Assembly: GCA_003280965.1 (NCBI GenBank)
Contig: QCDI01000007.1
Location: 37,634-101,633 of the forward strand
Length of the DNA stretch: 64,000 nucleotides
Source of the DNA: Prochlorococcus sp. AG-355-B18
GTDB taxonomy: Bacteria; Cyanobacteriota; Cyanobacteriia; PCC-6307; Cyanobiaceae
Direction of reading: 5' to 3'
In this document: piece after piece, positions 9,125-17,832 of the stretch
How positions within the stretch are numbered: position 1 is the first letter of the stretch
Layout: the number at the start of each line of letters is the position of its first letter
Position numbers and translations under genes: made by a program
Notes under the pieces: model-generated
What the model was told of the DNA's origin: nothing
Seen by the model: the letters and a program-made list of their open reading frames with translations, nothing else
Databases searched by the model: none

Positions 9125-9228
9125 TGATATTAATATCATAATATTCCGATACAGTATTTCAATACACTCAAACCCCAATATTTGTGTTTCTTTACATGGT
9201 ATATCGAATTTCTTAATTTTCGATACAC
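9125..9228. promoter_or_regulatory. Putative res site / autoregulatory region of the resolvase
   Basis: Palindrome TGATATTAATATCA (9125-9138); IR GTATATCGAA/TTCGATACAC (9199-9228); related half-sites at 9144 and 9158. Confidence 0.55.
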
Positions 9229-9308
9229 TTTTGCCCCTTCAGGATCGCCTGTAAGGGCATTGAATTTTTATTTGCTTCCCAAAGTACCTTCGATTAATCT
9301 ATTATTAC

Positions 9309-9324
9309 TAATACAGATGTACTA
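9309..9324 (+). promoter_or_regulatory. LexA (SOS) box
   Basis: TAATACAGATGTACTA, one mismatch from the palindrome TAGTACA-N2-TGTACTA, 6 nt before the ATG at 9331. Confidence 0.65.
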
Positions 9325-9330
9325 CTAATA

Positions 9331-9576
9331 ATGATTGAAGAAGAAGAGTGGAGTTATCTCAATGATTGGGAAGAAGATCAACTAAGAAAGAAGAAAACAA
9401 AGATTTGTATGTGTTGCGATCACTTTCGTTATGCCTGTACTGTTCAATGCGTGACTCTTTTAACTTGTCCTGTCCATCAGAAATTAATACCTCAAGGAGA
9501 TCATCTAATAAAAGGATGCAAATACTGGGTAAAAAGAAGAGAACTTCGTGAAGGTTGGTGTCCCGAAGTTGCTTAA
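9331..9576 (+). CDS. Cys-rich small protein
   Basis: CMCCDHF...C...LTC.VHQKLIPQGDHL.KGC..W pattern. Confidence 0.7.
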   Translation: MIEEEEWSYLNDWEEDQLRKKKTKICMCCDHFRYACTVQCVTLLTCPVHQKLIPQGDHLIKGCKYWVKRRELREGWCPEVA

Positions 9577-9654
9577 TTTAGTTAATTATTTTTTTAATCT
9601 TTTCCAGATTCCATTTATCAAATTTATATAATAATAAAACAGAGTTTTTTCAAA

Positions 9655-9942
9655 ATGGCAAAAGGTTATTGGTTATCAACAGGATCTATTAAAGATGGTG
9701 AAGGAATGCAACCTTATTTAAAAGCGTTAAAAGATTGGTTACCTTCTGTTAATGGAGCATTTTTTGTTAGAGATTTGGCAACTATCGAGAAGGAAAGTAC
9801 TCTTGGACATCTAACAGTAATTATTGAATTTCCATCAAAAGAAGATGCAGTTTCTGCATATGAATCAGAGGAATATCAAAAGATGATTCCCTTAAGAACT
9901 CCATATTCTGATCTAACTCTTACCATCTTTGAGGGAGTTTAA
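9655..9942 (+). CDS. DUF1330 family protein
   Basis: KGYW...VIIEFPSKEDAVSAYESEEYQ. Confidence 0.85.
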   Translation: MAKGYWLSTGSIKDGEGMQPYLKALKDWLPSVNGAFFVRDLATIEKESTLGHLTVIIEFPSKEDAVSAYESEEYQKMIPLRTPYSDLTLTIFEGV

Positions 9943-9946
9943 CGAT

Positions 9947-10810
9947 TCATAAAACTAAATTTTCTAAATCTTTTAACTCTTTATCTGAAGTTAAAATTAC
10001 GCTTGTTGAATTTGCAAGTGCTTCAGCAGATTTAGTAAATCCACTTTTTGCTACTACAACAGAATGAGTGCCTTTCCAATAAATCATACCTGCTGCGATT
10101 TCTTGAACTGCTTTATTCCCTACTGCTTTGGCAAAACACTTACATTGAATACATACTCTTACATCTTCAATAGAAGCAATTAAATCTACGCCTTGATCTC
10201 CAGTTGTTGAAGTATCTTCAACTTCCCATCCAGCATTTTCTAGTATTGTTTTGCAATATTGTTCATACTCAATTCCATCCATTGAATCAATATCTTTATT
10301 ACTTGCTCCTTGAGAATCAACTTTGTCACATACTTCATCTATTTCATCTTCTATCCAATCTTCTAAATCTAAGTCAATATAAAGATCGTAAAAATCTCCA
10401 TAAACATCTATTTTTTCTTGTATAACTTCATCTATAAAATATCGAATACCAGTTACTTTTTTCTTCCCGAAATCATAATCCAACGCCCATCCTTTATCTT
10501 CTTCTACTCCATACTGATTTTTCTTCAAATATTTTTTTCTATCAATAGTTAAAGCATATTTGTGTTTTTTTATAAGTTTTCTGCATTTCTTTTTAAATTT
10601 ATCAATTTCTTTTGCTTCTTCTTTCTTTTTTTCTTCTTTCTTTAATGCTGTAATTTTTGCATTTTTAATACGAAGTTTATTAGTTCTAATTAATGCAAAA
10701 ACGAATAAAAAAAAGATAAATAAAATCCCAACAATTCCACCTGCTGTTTCTGCTCTACTTCCTGCAAATATTGTATTTCCATTAGCGTCTCTTAATATGA
10801 CTTGATTCAT
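9947..10810 (-). CDS. Membrane-anchored Mrr-family (type IV-like) restriction endonuclease
   Basis: N-terminal TM helix; MDGIEYEQYC, GDQGVDLI, CIQCK, VGNKAVQE, SGFTKSA. Confidence 0.85.
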   Translation of the reverse strand: MNQVILRDANGNTIFAGSRAETAGGIVGILFIFFLFVFALIRTNKLRIKNAKITALKKEEKKKEEAKEIDKFKKKCRKLIKKHKYALTIDRKKYLKKNQYGVEEDKGWALDYDFGKKKVTGIRYFIDEVIQEKIDVYGDFYDLYIDLDLEDWIEDEIDEVCDKVDSQGASNKDIDSMDGIEYEQYCKTILENAGWEVEDTSTTGDQGVDLIASIEDVRVCIQCKCFAKAVGNKAVQEIAAGMIYWKGTHSVVVAKSGFTKSAEALANSTSVILTSDKELKDLENLVL

Positions 10811-10870
10811 TTATTTAAAAGATATGTCAATTAGTATAAGATTAACTTTAAATTTCTAGAAAATTTATAA

Positions 10871-11479
10871 ATGGAAGGAAGTGTTTATGTTCTAACCAAT
10901 CCTGCAATGCCTAATATGGTCAAGATTGGTAAGACAACAAGAGATGTAGAACTTCGACTTGCTGATCTATATTCAACTGGAGTTCCTCTTCCTTTTGAAT
11001 GTGAGTATGCAGCGAAAGTTAAAGATGTAGATAAGACAGAAAAAGCATTTCATACAGCATTTGAACCAAGCAGAGTTAATCCAAAAAGAGAATTTTTCAA
11101 TATCAATCCAGAACAGGCAATTGCTGTTTTATCACTAATGGCGATTGAAGATGTGACTCCAAGTGTTCAAGACGAAGCAAAAAAAATTGATATAGAAGCA
11201 TCTGCCTCTGCTGAGAAATTTAAAAAGAAAAGAAGACCTACTATTAATTACTTTGAGATGGGTTTAAAAGAAGGAGATATTTTAAAATTCGGGAGAAATG
11301 AAGAATCCTGCACAGTCTTAAATGGAAGGCAAGTTACCTATAAAGGGGAACCTTGGTTTTTATCAAATTTAACTAATAAGTTATTAGATAGAACTGGTCC
11401 TATGGATGGATCGCCTTATTGGTATTTTAACGGTAAAAACCTTAAAGATTTATACAACGAAACTTATTCAATAGATTGA
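10871..11479 (+). CDS. T5orf172/GIY-YIG nuclease with RAMA-like C-terminal domain
   Basis: GSVYVLTN..MVKIGKT, TGVPLPF, RVNPKREFF; tail GLKEGD...GSPYWYFNGKNL. Confidence 0.8.
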   Translation: MEGSVYVLTNPAMPNMVKIGKTTRDVELRLADLYSTGVPLPFECEYAAKVKDVDKTEKAFHTAFEPSRVNPKREFFNINPEQAIAVLSLMAIEDVTPSVQDEAKKIDIEASASAEKFKKKRRPTINYFEMGLKEGDILKFGRNEESCTVLNGRQVTYKGEPWFLSNLTNKLLDRTGPMDGSPYWYFNGKNLKDLYNETYSID

Positions 11480-11567
11480 TTTTCAATATTTGGTGGCGAT
11501 AAGAGTGCAAATGAAAAATTAAGTATATAAATTAAATTTTTCGATGTTTCTAATCAGGAACAGAATT

Positions 11568-11588
11568 ATGACTAAAGTGTTTAGTCAT
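11568..11588. promoter_or_regulatory. Operator-like inverted repeat upstream of the helicase operon
   Basis: ATGACTAAA-gtg-TTTAGTCAT, perfect 9-bp arms. Confidence 0.55.
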
Positions 11589-11634
11589 TACTATTATTTT
11601 AGTGATACTCTTACAATCATAAAAACTAAAAAAT

Positions 11635-12225
11635 ATGAACCTTCTTTTAACTATTGCTGCTGTTGCGAATCCAGTTTTAACAGCATTACTGACTATTTTA
11701 GTTTTCCTAGAGTCTAAAAAATCAAAAAAACAAATAGAAGATATTCAAAATTCAATCAATACTGGTAATCAATCAATTGTTACCTCAGTTGTGAAACAGA
11801 AAGATGATTTTACAAAGTTAGCAGAAAGTTTTGAAGCATTATCAAAAGATACAGAAGAGTCAGCAAAGAGTTTTGTAGAAATATCAAATGCATTAACAAA
11901 AAGTTCTGCAGTTAGTAAAGAAGCACTTGGAAAAGTAACTTCAGGACTAGAAAATCATGCCACTTTGGTAACGGGAATGATTGATACACTTACTGCAAAA
12001 GTTACAAATACAAGTGCTGATTCTATTAAAGGTATTACTGATAAAGTTTCAGAAGCAATGGATAATATTAACGATGCTGTTTCTAAAATCGAAACCTCTC
12101 AAAATAGTCTAAAAGATAACTTAACTGAATCAATTTCAAAACTTTCTGAAAGTACTGAGAATACGAATAAATCTATCAGTTCTCTTAAAGAAGCACTCAA
12201 AAATATGGTTTCTCTCAATCAATAA
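11635..12225 (+). CDS. Membrane-anchored helical/coiled-coil protein
   Basis: N-terminal hydrophobic segment, then S/T/E/K-rich amphipathic helical repeats. Confidence 0.75.
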   Translation: MNLLLTIAAVANPVLTALLTILVFLESKKSKKQIEDIQNSINTGNQSIVTSVVKQKDDFTKLAESFEALSKDTEESAKSFVEISNALTKSSAVSKEALGKVTSGLENHATLVTGMIDTLTAKVTNTSADSIKGITDKVSEAMDNINDAVSKIETSQNSLKDNLTESISKLSESTENTNKSISSLKEALKNMVSLNQ

Positions 12226-12996
12226 ATGGAAGATTCTCTTAGCAAACAATATTTACTCTATTTAAGAGATATGAGTAGAAAGGTAGTATATGGTGCTTCT
12301 GGTTCTGCTGGAGATTATTCAAAAGTTTTAATTGGTGGTTCAAAGCAAAAAAATGCTAGAAAATTTCCAAGGATGACAGATATAAAATTAAAAAAAATGA
12401 TGGGTAATCCAGAAGGATTTAGAAGACAACAGGATCAAGAGAATATTGGTAATGGTATTTTTTGTGGGATCGGACTTATTGCGGGTACATATAGTAAAAA
12501 AGTCCGTGGTCAAAAATCTCTTCGTATGATTGCAGCACCTGCAATATACGGTCAAATACTCTTTGAAGAAGATAGTGAGGGTGAAAGTGAGATTTCAGAA
12601 TGGATAGTTAATTATGATATCGCTTCAGCGTTGATTACTCGGAACGCTAATGAAGAGGATGAGGCATATGCTGCTTTTAGCGAAGATGAGGATGATATAA
12701 CAGGCAACAAGTTAGTCGATGAGATCGAAACTGAATTAGATAAATATGAGAATCCTAGTATTGAATTAATAGAAGAACTATCTATGAAATTCATAGATGG
12801 ATTTTCTAAACTTACTGAGACAGAATTGGAAATTACTGAAGAACCTCTTTCTACAGTTAATTCTGCAATAAAAGCAAAAGACAATAATATAAGAAAATTT
12901 TTCTTTTGTCCCGGGGATTGGATTTTTTTCGCTCCAATACCTGAGGGACTTAGTACATATCAAGCATTAAATGATCTTTCTAAAGAAATAACATAA
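12226..12996 (+). CDS. Hypothetical protein resembling the N-terminal domain of large SF1 helicase-nucleases
   Basis: Abuts the upstream stop; TAATG overlap with the helicase; GIGLI..AAPAIY..WIVN pattern; acidic. Confidence 0.65.
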   Translation: MEDSLSKQYLLYLRDMSRKVVYGASGSAGDYSKVLIGGSKQKNARKFPRMTDIKLKKMMGNPEGFRRQQDQENIGNGIFCGIGLIAGTYSKKVRGQKSLRMIAAPAIYGQILFEEDSEGESEISEWIVNYDIASALITRNANEEDEAYAAFSEDEDDITGNKLVDEIETELDKYENPSIELIEELSMKFIDGFSKLTETELEITEEPLSTVNSAIKAKDNNIRKFFFCPGDWIFFAPIPEGLSTYQALNDLSKEIT

Positions 12997-15584
12997 TGAA
13001 TCAGACAACCCTTTCAAGACTTTTAGAATCAGTTTTTTCAGGAGGTGAATTTTCTCCTCAATATACAAATATAAAGAATGACGATATTAATAAAGTTCTA
13101 GAAAGATTACCATTTTCATTATCAAAGTCCCAAAGAGATGCAATATTTAGAGCATTAAAAAATGATATTTCCTATATTCAAGGACCCCCGGGAACAGGGA
13201 AATCTTTTACTATTTCTGCGCTTGCTATTGCAGGAAGAGAATTAGGACTAAAAGTTTTAGTAGCATCACAAAAAACACCAGCAGTTGATATTGTTCATAA
13301 AAAATTAACTGATGTGTTAGGCATTTCCTCATGTTTATATCTTGCTAATTCTTATGAGAGAAGAAAAAATATGAGAGCAGTAATTCAAGATTTGGTAAGT
13401 CAATCTCTTGATTTAATGAATCAACTTGCTGAGCGTGAAGAGAGGATTTTATCCGACAAGGTAAACAGTCTTATTGAAGAAAGACTCGATTATGCTAAAA
13501 AAATTAGAATTTATGAATCAGAATTAAAAAATTTCTACACATTAAATATTGATGCAGTCGATCACAGAGAAAATCTAGAAAAAAATTGGAATGTTAAAGA
13601 AGAAATAATAAAAAACATAAAATTAATTTTTGATAAAAATGGAATTATAAAAATTAGAAGATTAGTAAGTGAATGCGAAAAGATAAGAGATAAAGCAAGA
13701 ACAAATTCTGGTCAGGTATCTTTATCTGAGGCAGTTAAAATCAAAGTTATTTCTAAGGCAATCGTAGATGAGTTGAATTTTGATAATAATGAATATTTGA
13801 AACATAAAGAAGAACTTCTTAAGAGTGTAATTAAATATTCTGAGAGTCTGGCAAAAGCAGAAGAAATAAAAAATAAAGTAAAAGTTCAACCTCTTGAACA
13901 AATAAGAAATTCATTTAATTGGCAAAATGAAAAGATTTATACAAAAGATATTAGTGAATCTATATTGTCTGAATATTTATCGAAAAGAAATTCAGTCAAG
14001 GCAAATAAACTTTTACAAGATAAAAAATATAAAAAATCGTTAGATATTTTTTGTAAGAGATTAAGCGCAAGAAATAGGAGAAGAATTAAAAAATATAATT
14101 CAGAAATTGACTTTAATTGCTTGTTTGAAGTCTTCCAAGTAATTATGGGAGAAATTAAATCGCTACATGCTTTCTTGCCATTTGAAGAAGAGTTATTTGA
14201 TTTGTTGATATTAGATGAAGCATCCCAAGTAAACTTGGCGGAGATATTTCCAGTTCTTTATAGAGCAAAAAGATTTTGTATTGTTGGTGATCATAAGCAA
14301 CTAGGAATAAAGGCGGCAGGAGGAATGTTTATAAGTAAGGTTTATGAAAAACTTACTTGGGAGAAATACTTTTCTTCACTTCCTAAATATCCAGTAAGTT
14401 ACAAAAAAGCAGAAGAGCGAGATTTATTAGTTTCAAGATCATCAATTCTAAATTTAATACGAAATCCAAGTAATCCCATCACAGCACCACCGATATTGCT
14501 TAACGAACATTTTCGTTCTTTACCAATGCTCGCTGAGTTTACAAGTGAACAATTTTATAAAGATGATACTCAAGATGCTGGATTAAGAATAATGACTGCA
14601 CTTCCAGATAAAAAAGCAATTAATGCTTTTTGTGATGTCCAAGTATCTACAAAAAGAGAAGATGCACCAAGTACATTAAACAAAAATAAAAAGTCTCAAT
14701 TAAACAAAGGGGAAGTTGATAAATCATTTGAAATTATCCAATCAATTGTTAAAAAGAAACCTATTAAAAAACTTACTGAACAAGTATTTAAAATTCCAGA
14801 TTTAGTCGATCAAAAAATATCAGTAGGTGTCATTTCCTTCACTCGTGAACAAGTCAGATATATGAAAAGTGAGGCGGAAAAAAAATTAACTGATGAAGAA
14901 GTTGAGTCAATTAATTTAATGATTGGTACTCCAGAGGAATTTCAAGGTAATGAGAGAGATGTAATGATTTTTGCTCCCTCAATTGATCCAGATCAAAAAA
15001 GATCTAAGGGGCATATGGAAGATCCCAATAGATTTAATGTCGCAACAAGTAGAGCGAGATATTTCACATATTTTGTTCATGGAGCAATACCTTCAAATAT
15101 GGTTCTTATGCAGAAAATGCTCACAAAAATGGGGCAAGAAAGAAATGAAATCATTCAAAATAAAACTGGGTTTTTGCCAATAGGATGGACATTAAATGTA
15201 TCCGATTGCGAAAGTGAATTTGAATTGCGAGTATTTGATGTTTTAAGTAAATTAATTGAAAAAGAATTTCCTGATAGACTTTTCCTTTATAACCAAGTAA
15301 GAACCTGTGGTTATAGATTAGATTTTGTGATTTACGAAAAATCTACTAAAACAACAATCGGAATTGAAGTTGACGGGAAACATCATTTTTATGCAGATGA
15401 TGAAACATATACAGATGATCACCTTGAAAGAGCAAATTCTTTAAAGAGAGGCGGTTGGATTATTAAATATCTTCCATATTGGGATTGGTACGATGATGGA
15501 TGGTTACCTTATGATCATCCACCTGTAGAAGAATTAAGGAATTTTGTCAGACAATTTTTTAATAATACTTCTGAAAATCAATAA
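12996..15584 (+). CDS. UPF1/DNA2-like superfamily 1 helicase with C-terminal Vsr/DUF559-like endonuclease
   Basis: QGPPGTGKS, LDEASQ, VGDHKQL, LNEHFRS, FQGNERD, RFNVATSRAR; C-terminal ESEFE..YRLDF..IEVDGKHH..GW. Confidence 0.92.
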   Translation: MNQTTLSRLLESVFSGGEFSPQYTNIKNDDINKVLERLPFSLSKSQRDAIFRALKNDISYIQGPPGTGKSFTISALAIAGRELGLKVLVASQKTPAVDIVHKKLTDVLGISSCLYLANSYERRKNMRAVIQDLVSQSLDLMNQLAEREERILSDKVNSLIEERLDYAKKIRIYESELKNFYTLNIDAVDHRENLEKNWNVKEEIIKNIKLIFDKNGIIKIRRLVSECEKIRDKARTNSGQVSLSEAVKIKVISKAIVDELNFDNNEYLKHKEELLKSVIKYSESLAKAEEIKNKVKVQPLEQIRNSFNWQNEKIYTKDISESILSEYLSKRNSVKANKLLQDKKYKKSLDIFCKRLSARNRRRIKKYNSEIDFNCLFEVFQVIMGEIKSLHAFLPFEEELFDLLILDEASQVNLAEIFPVLYRAKRFCIVGDHKQLGIKAAGGMFISKVYEKLTWEKYFSSLPKYPVSYKKAEERDLLVSRSSILNLIRNPSNPITAPPILLNEHFRSLPMLAEFTSEQFYKDDTQDAGLRIMTALPDKKAINAFCDVQVSTKREDAPSTLNKNKKSQLNKGEVDKSFEIIQSIVKKKPIKKLTEQVFKIPDLVDQKISVGVISFTREQVRYMKSEAEKKLTDEEVESINLMIGTPEEFQGNERDVMIFAPSIDPDQKRSKGHMEDPNRFNVATSRARYFTYFVHGAIPSNMVLMQKMLTKMGQERNEIIQNKTGFLPIGWTLNVSDCESEFELRVFDVLSKLIEKEFPDRLFLYNQVRTCGYRLDFVIYEKSTKTTIGIEVDGKHHFYADDETYTDDHLERANSLKRGGWIIKYLPYWDWYDDGWLPYDHPPVEELRNFVRQFFNNTSENQ

Positions 15585-15663
15585 TTAAATTTTTGATCAG
15601 TTTCAACTTAGAAGGTCTCAAAAAAATTAAATTGTATTACATTAGTAAAAATATCTTTTAACA

Positions 15664-16038
15664 ATGCCTAGTAAGCATGGCAACAAAATTTATAAACAGA
15701 TTTTGTTAGATCCGGGAATGTATATTCTATTAGAAAAACTTGCTGGAGACCAAAAAAAAGTATCCTCTCTTATAAGAAAAGTAGTATATGAATGGATAGA
15801 AACACAAGTTGATAAATCAGAATTTCAAGCAGCAAAAGCACTTGATGATGCTTTATGGCAACAATCTATCCTAAACAGAATTGATGGAAGAAAGAAAAAT
15901 AATCAAAAGTCGATAATTGATAGTTCTAAAAATGAAAAAATTAAAAGCAATGAGAAAAAAGAAAATAATTTCCAATATTTAATAGATCCTGAAATTATGA
16001 TAAAAAATCTCAAAAATATAATCAAAAAAGATAGGTGA
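15664..16038 (+). CDS. Hypothetical protein, phage-like and possibly RHH
   Basis: HGNKIYKQILLDP...LIRKVVYEW...DDALWQQSILNRIDGR. Confidence 0.6.
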   Translation: MPSKHGNKIYKQILLDPGMYILLEKLAGDQKKVSSLIRKVVYEWIETQVDKSEFQAAKALDDALWQQSILNRIDGRKKNNQKSIIDSSKNEKIKSNEKKENNFQYLIDPEIMIKNLKNIIKKDR

Positions 16039-16158
16039 TTAGTGAATTAGATAGGAATTGATCCTAATGCCAAAGTCAAAGTTGATGATGAGATGAAAAA
16101 TTATTTAACTAAGCATCGCGAGCAATTTAGAGAAATCTTAGAGAATTAAACATTAAAT

Positions 16159-16182
16159 AAGAGGGCATGAGTTTGCCCTCTT
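16159..16182. terminator. Hairpin, likely terminator between convergent units
   Basis: AAGAGGGCA-tgagtt-TGCCCTCTT. Confidence 0.6.
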
Positions 16183-16188
16183 CGAGTC

Positions 16189-16284
16189 TTATGCACCTCG
16201 CTGTCCACAAAGTCGATGAAGTGCTTTTGACTCCTGAATTATTTCTACTCCTGCTGAATAGAAAAAGATAGTCGTACAAACCAT
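16189..16284 (-). CDS. Candidate 31-aa micropeptide or sRNA
   Basis: MVCTTIFFYSAGVEIIQESKALHRLCGQRGA, immediately followed by the hairpin. Confidence 0.4.
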   Translation of the reverse strand: MVCTTIFFYSAGVEIIQESKALHRLCGQRGA

Positions 16285-16366
16285 AAAGCACTAATACTCG
16301 GGTATTAATACCCTATGAATTTCAAGAAAAAAGGAGGAGAATATAGGTATAGATCTAGGAGGTCTT

Positions 16367-16549
16367 ATGAAACTATTCAATCAATTCAATGTTCTTCCAA
16401 GATACCTAACTGCATTTAATTATGCAGGGTTAAACTTGAACGAGACTCCAAAAGAATTAGAGCAATGTCCTCAAGAATTCCAAAACTTTTGGGATAAGGA
16501 ATGTAGAGAACATCCGACTAACCAGAATTGTTTAATTTATTGCGACTGA
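16367..16549 (+). CDS. Small protein with a CP12-like C-terminal Cys pair
   Basis: AGGAGG SD; FWDKECREHPTNQNCLIYCD. Confidence 0.65.
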   Translation: MKLFNQFNVLPRYLTAFNYAGLNLNETPKELEQCPQEFQNFWDKECREHPTNQNCLIYCD

Positions 16550-16551
16550 GT

Positions 16552-17832
16552 TTAAATTATTAATCCTTGGTTAACCAAAGTTTTTGACCACCATTCCATA
16601 AATTCTTTTCTTTTATCTAAAAGAGTTGAACGATCATAATGACCGCGAGTGCCATTTAGATGTCCCATTCTTCCCAATTGGCGATCAATAACCTCATAAT
16701 CAAAATCAGATTTTTCTAATGCTGAAGTTGTAATTACACTTCGCCATTGATGAGCAGATTGTTTGTCTTTCCAACCAAGATTTTTGAAATGGTCATTGAT
16801 AGTTTCAGTTCCAATATGATGAACATTTTTGCTTTTTAATGAATAAAAACAATATTTTTGCCATCCTGTTATCTCTCTTACCTTTGCCATAAGTTTATTA
16901 ATTTCAGGAGTCGAAGGAATCACATGATCGTTTAATAAATCATCTTTTTTTCTTTTCAATCCTGATGTTTGCGAAGGGATAATCCACTCATCATTTTCAG
17001 AGTTATACCAATCCCATTCAAGGCATGAAATAACGCCTGTCCTGATGCACATTAGTATATGTGCTTTAGTTGCTAGATCAGTAATTATTGAAGCATTACA
17101 GGCGTTCTCATTGACCGATTGAATGAACTCTGGAAGCATACCCCATGAATTTTTTGTAATTCTTTTTGCAAAAGTTTTATCTGATATTTTTCTTTGATTT
17201 CCTGTTTCCCATTGGAACTTTTTGAATACTGGATTTTGATTTGGTCTTATGTAAGTTTCATCTTCTGCGTAATTAAAAATCTGACTTAAAAGTTGCCTAC
17301 ATCTTGTTAATTGAACAGGAGAATTATGAAAAAGAGTTTTCAACATATTGGAAATATATTTCCTTCCATCTTTTTCAATTTCTAAATCAGAAATTAGTTT
17401 TTCATCTCCAATAAATTTGAGCATCTGGTTTATTTTGTTTGATCTATCTTGATATGTTCTTTCTTTATTCTTCGGTTTAAAAACATCCTCAAGAAATTCA
17501 AGTGCAACATCCTTGAATGTTTTTTCACTTACTTTTTCTTCTTCTTCTTTGCCAAATAATTTTGGATCTTTATTATTTTCTTTGCTCCAACTTTTAATCG
17601 AATACCATTTTTCAAGAGCATCTTGTACTAGAACTTCTCTTTCAAAAACTCCTATTGAAATTGCAATTTTTTTACCAGAAGCATTAAAAGGAAATTTCAT
17701 TCTTCCTTGAAAATATCTTGATTTACCTCTCTTAATTACTGATAAACCACTATTAGGAGAAACAGGATAAGATTTATCCTCTTTTAATTTCCTAATCTTT
17801 GAATCTGTATTAGCGAAAAAAGTAGAAGTCAT
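16552..17832 (-). CDS. Tyrosine integrase, P4-like
   Basis: CIRTG (R), HQWR (HxxR), HYDRS (Y), N-terminal arm-binding region; start at 17832 has an AGGAGG SD and TAATG overlap. Confidence 0.92.
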   Translation of the reverse strand: MTSTFFANTDSKIRKLKEDKSYPVSPNSGLSVIKRGKSRYFQGRMKFPFNASGKKIAISIGVFEREVLVQDALEKWYSIKSWSKENNKDPKLFGKEEEEKVSEKTFKDVALEFLEDVFKPKNKERTYQDRSNKINQMLKFIGDEKLISDLEIEKDGRKYISNMLKTLFHNSPVQLTRCRQLLSQIFNYAEDETYIRPNQNPVFKKFQWETGNQRKISDKTFAKRITKNSWGMLPEFIQSVNENACNASIITDLATKAHILMCIRTGVISCLEWDWYNSENDEWIIPSQTSGLKRKKDDLLNDHVIPSTPEINKLMAKVREITGWQKYCFYSLKSKNVHHIGTETINDHFKNLGWKDKQSAHQWRSVITTSALEKSDFDYEVIDRQLGRMGHLNGTRGHYDRSTLLDKRKEFMEWWSKTLVNQGLII

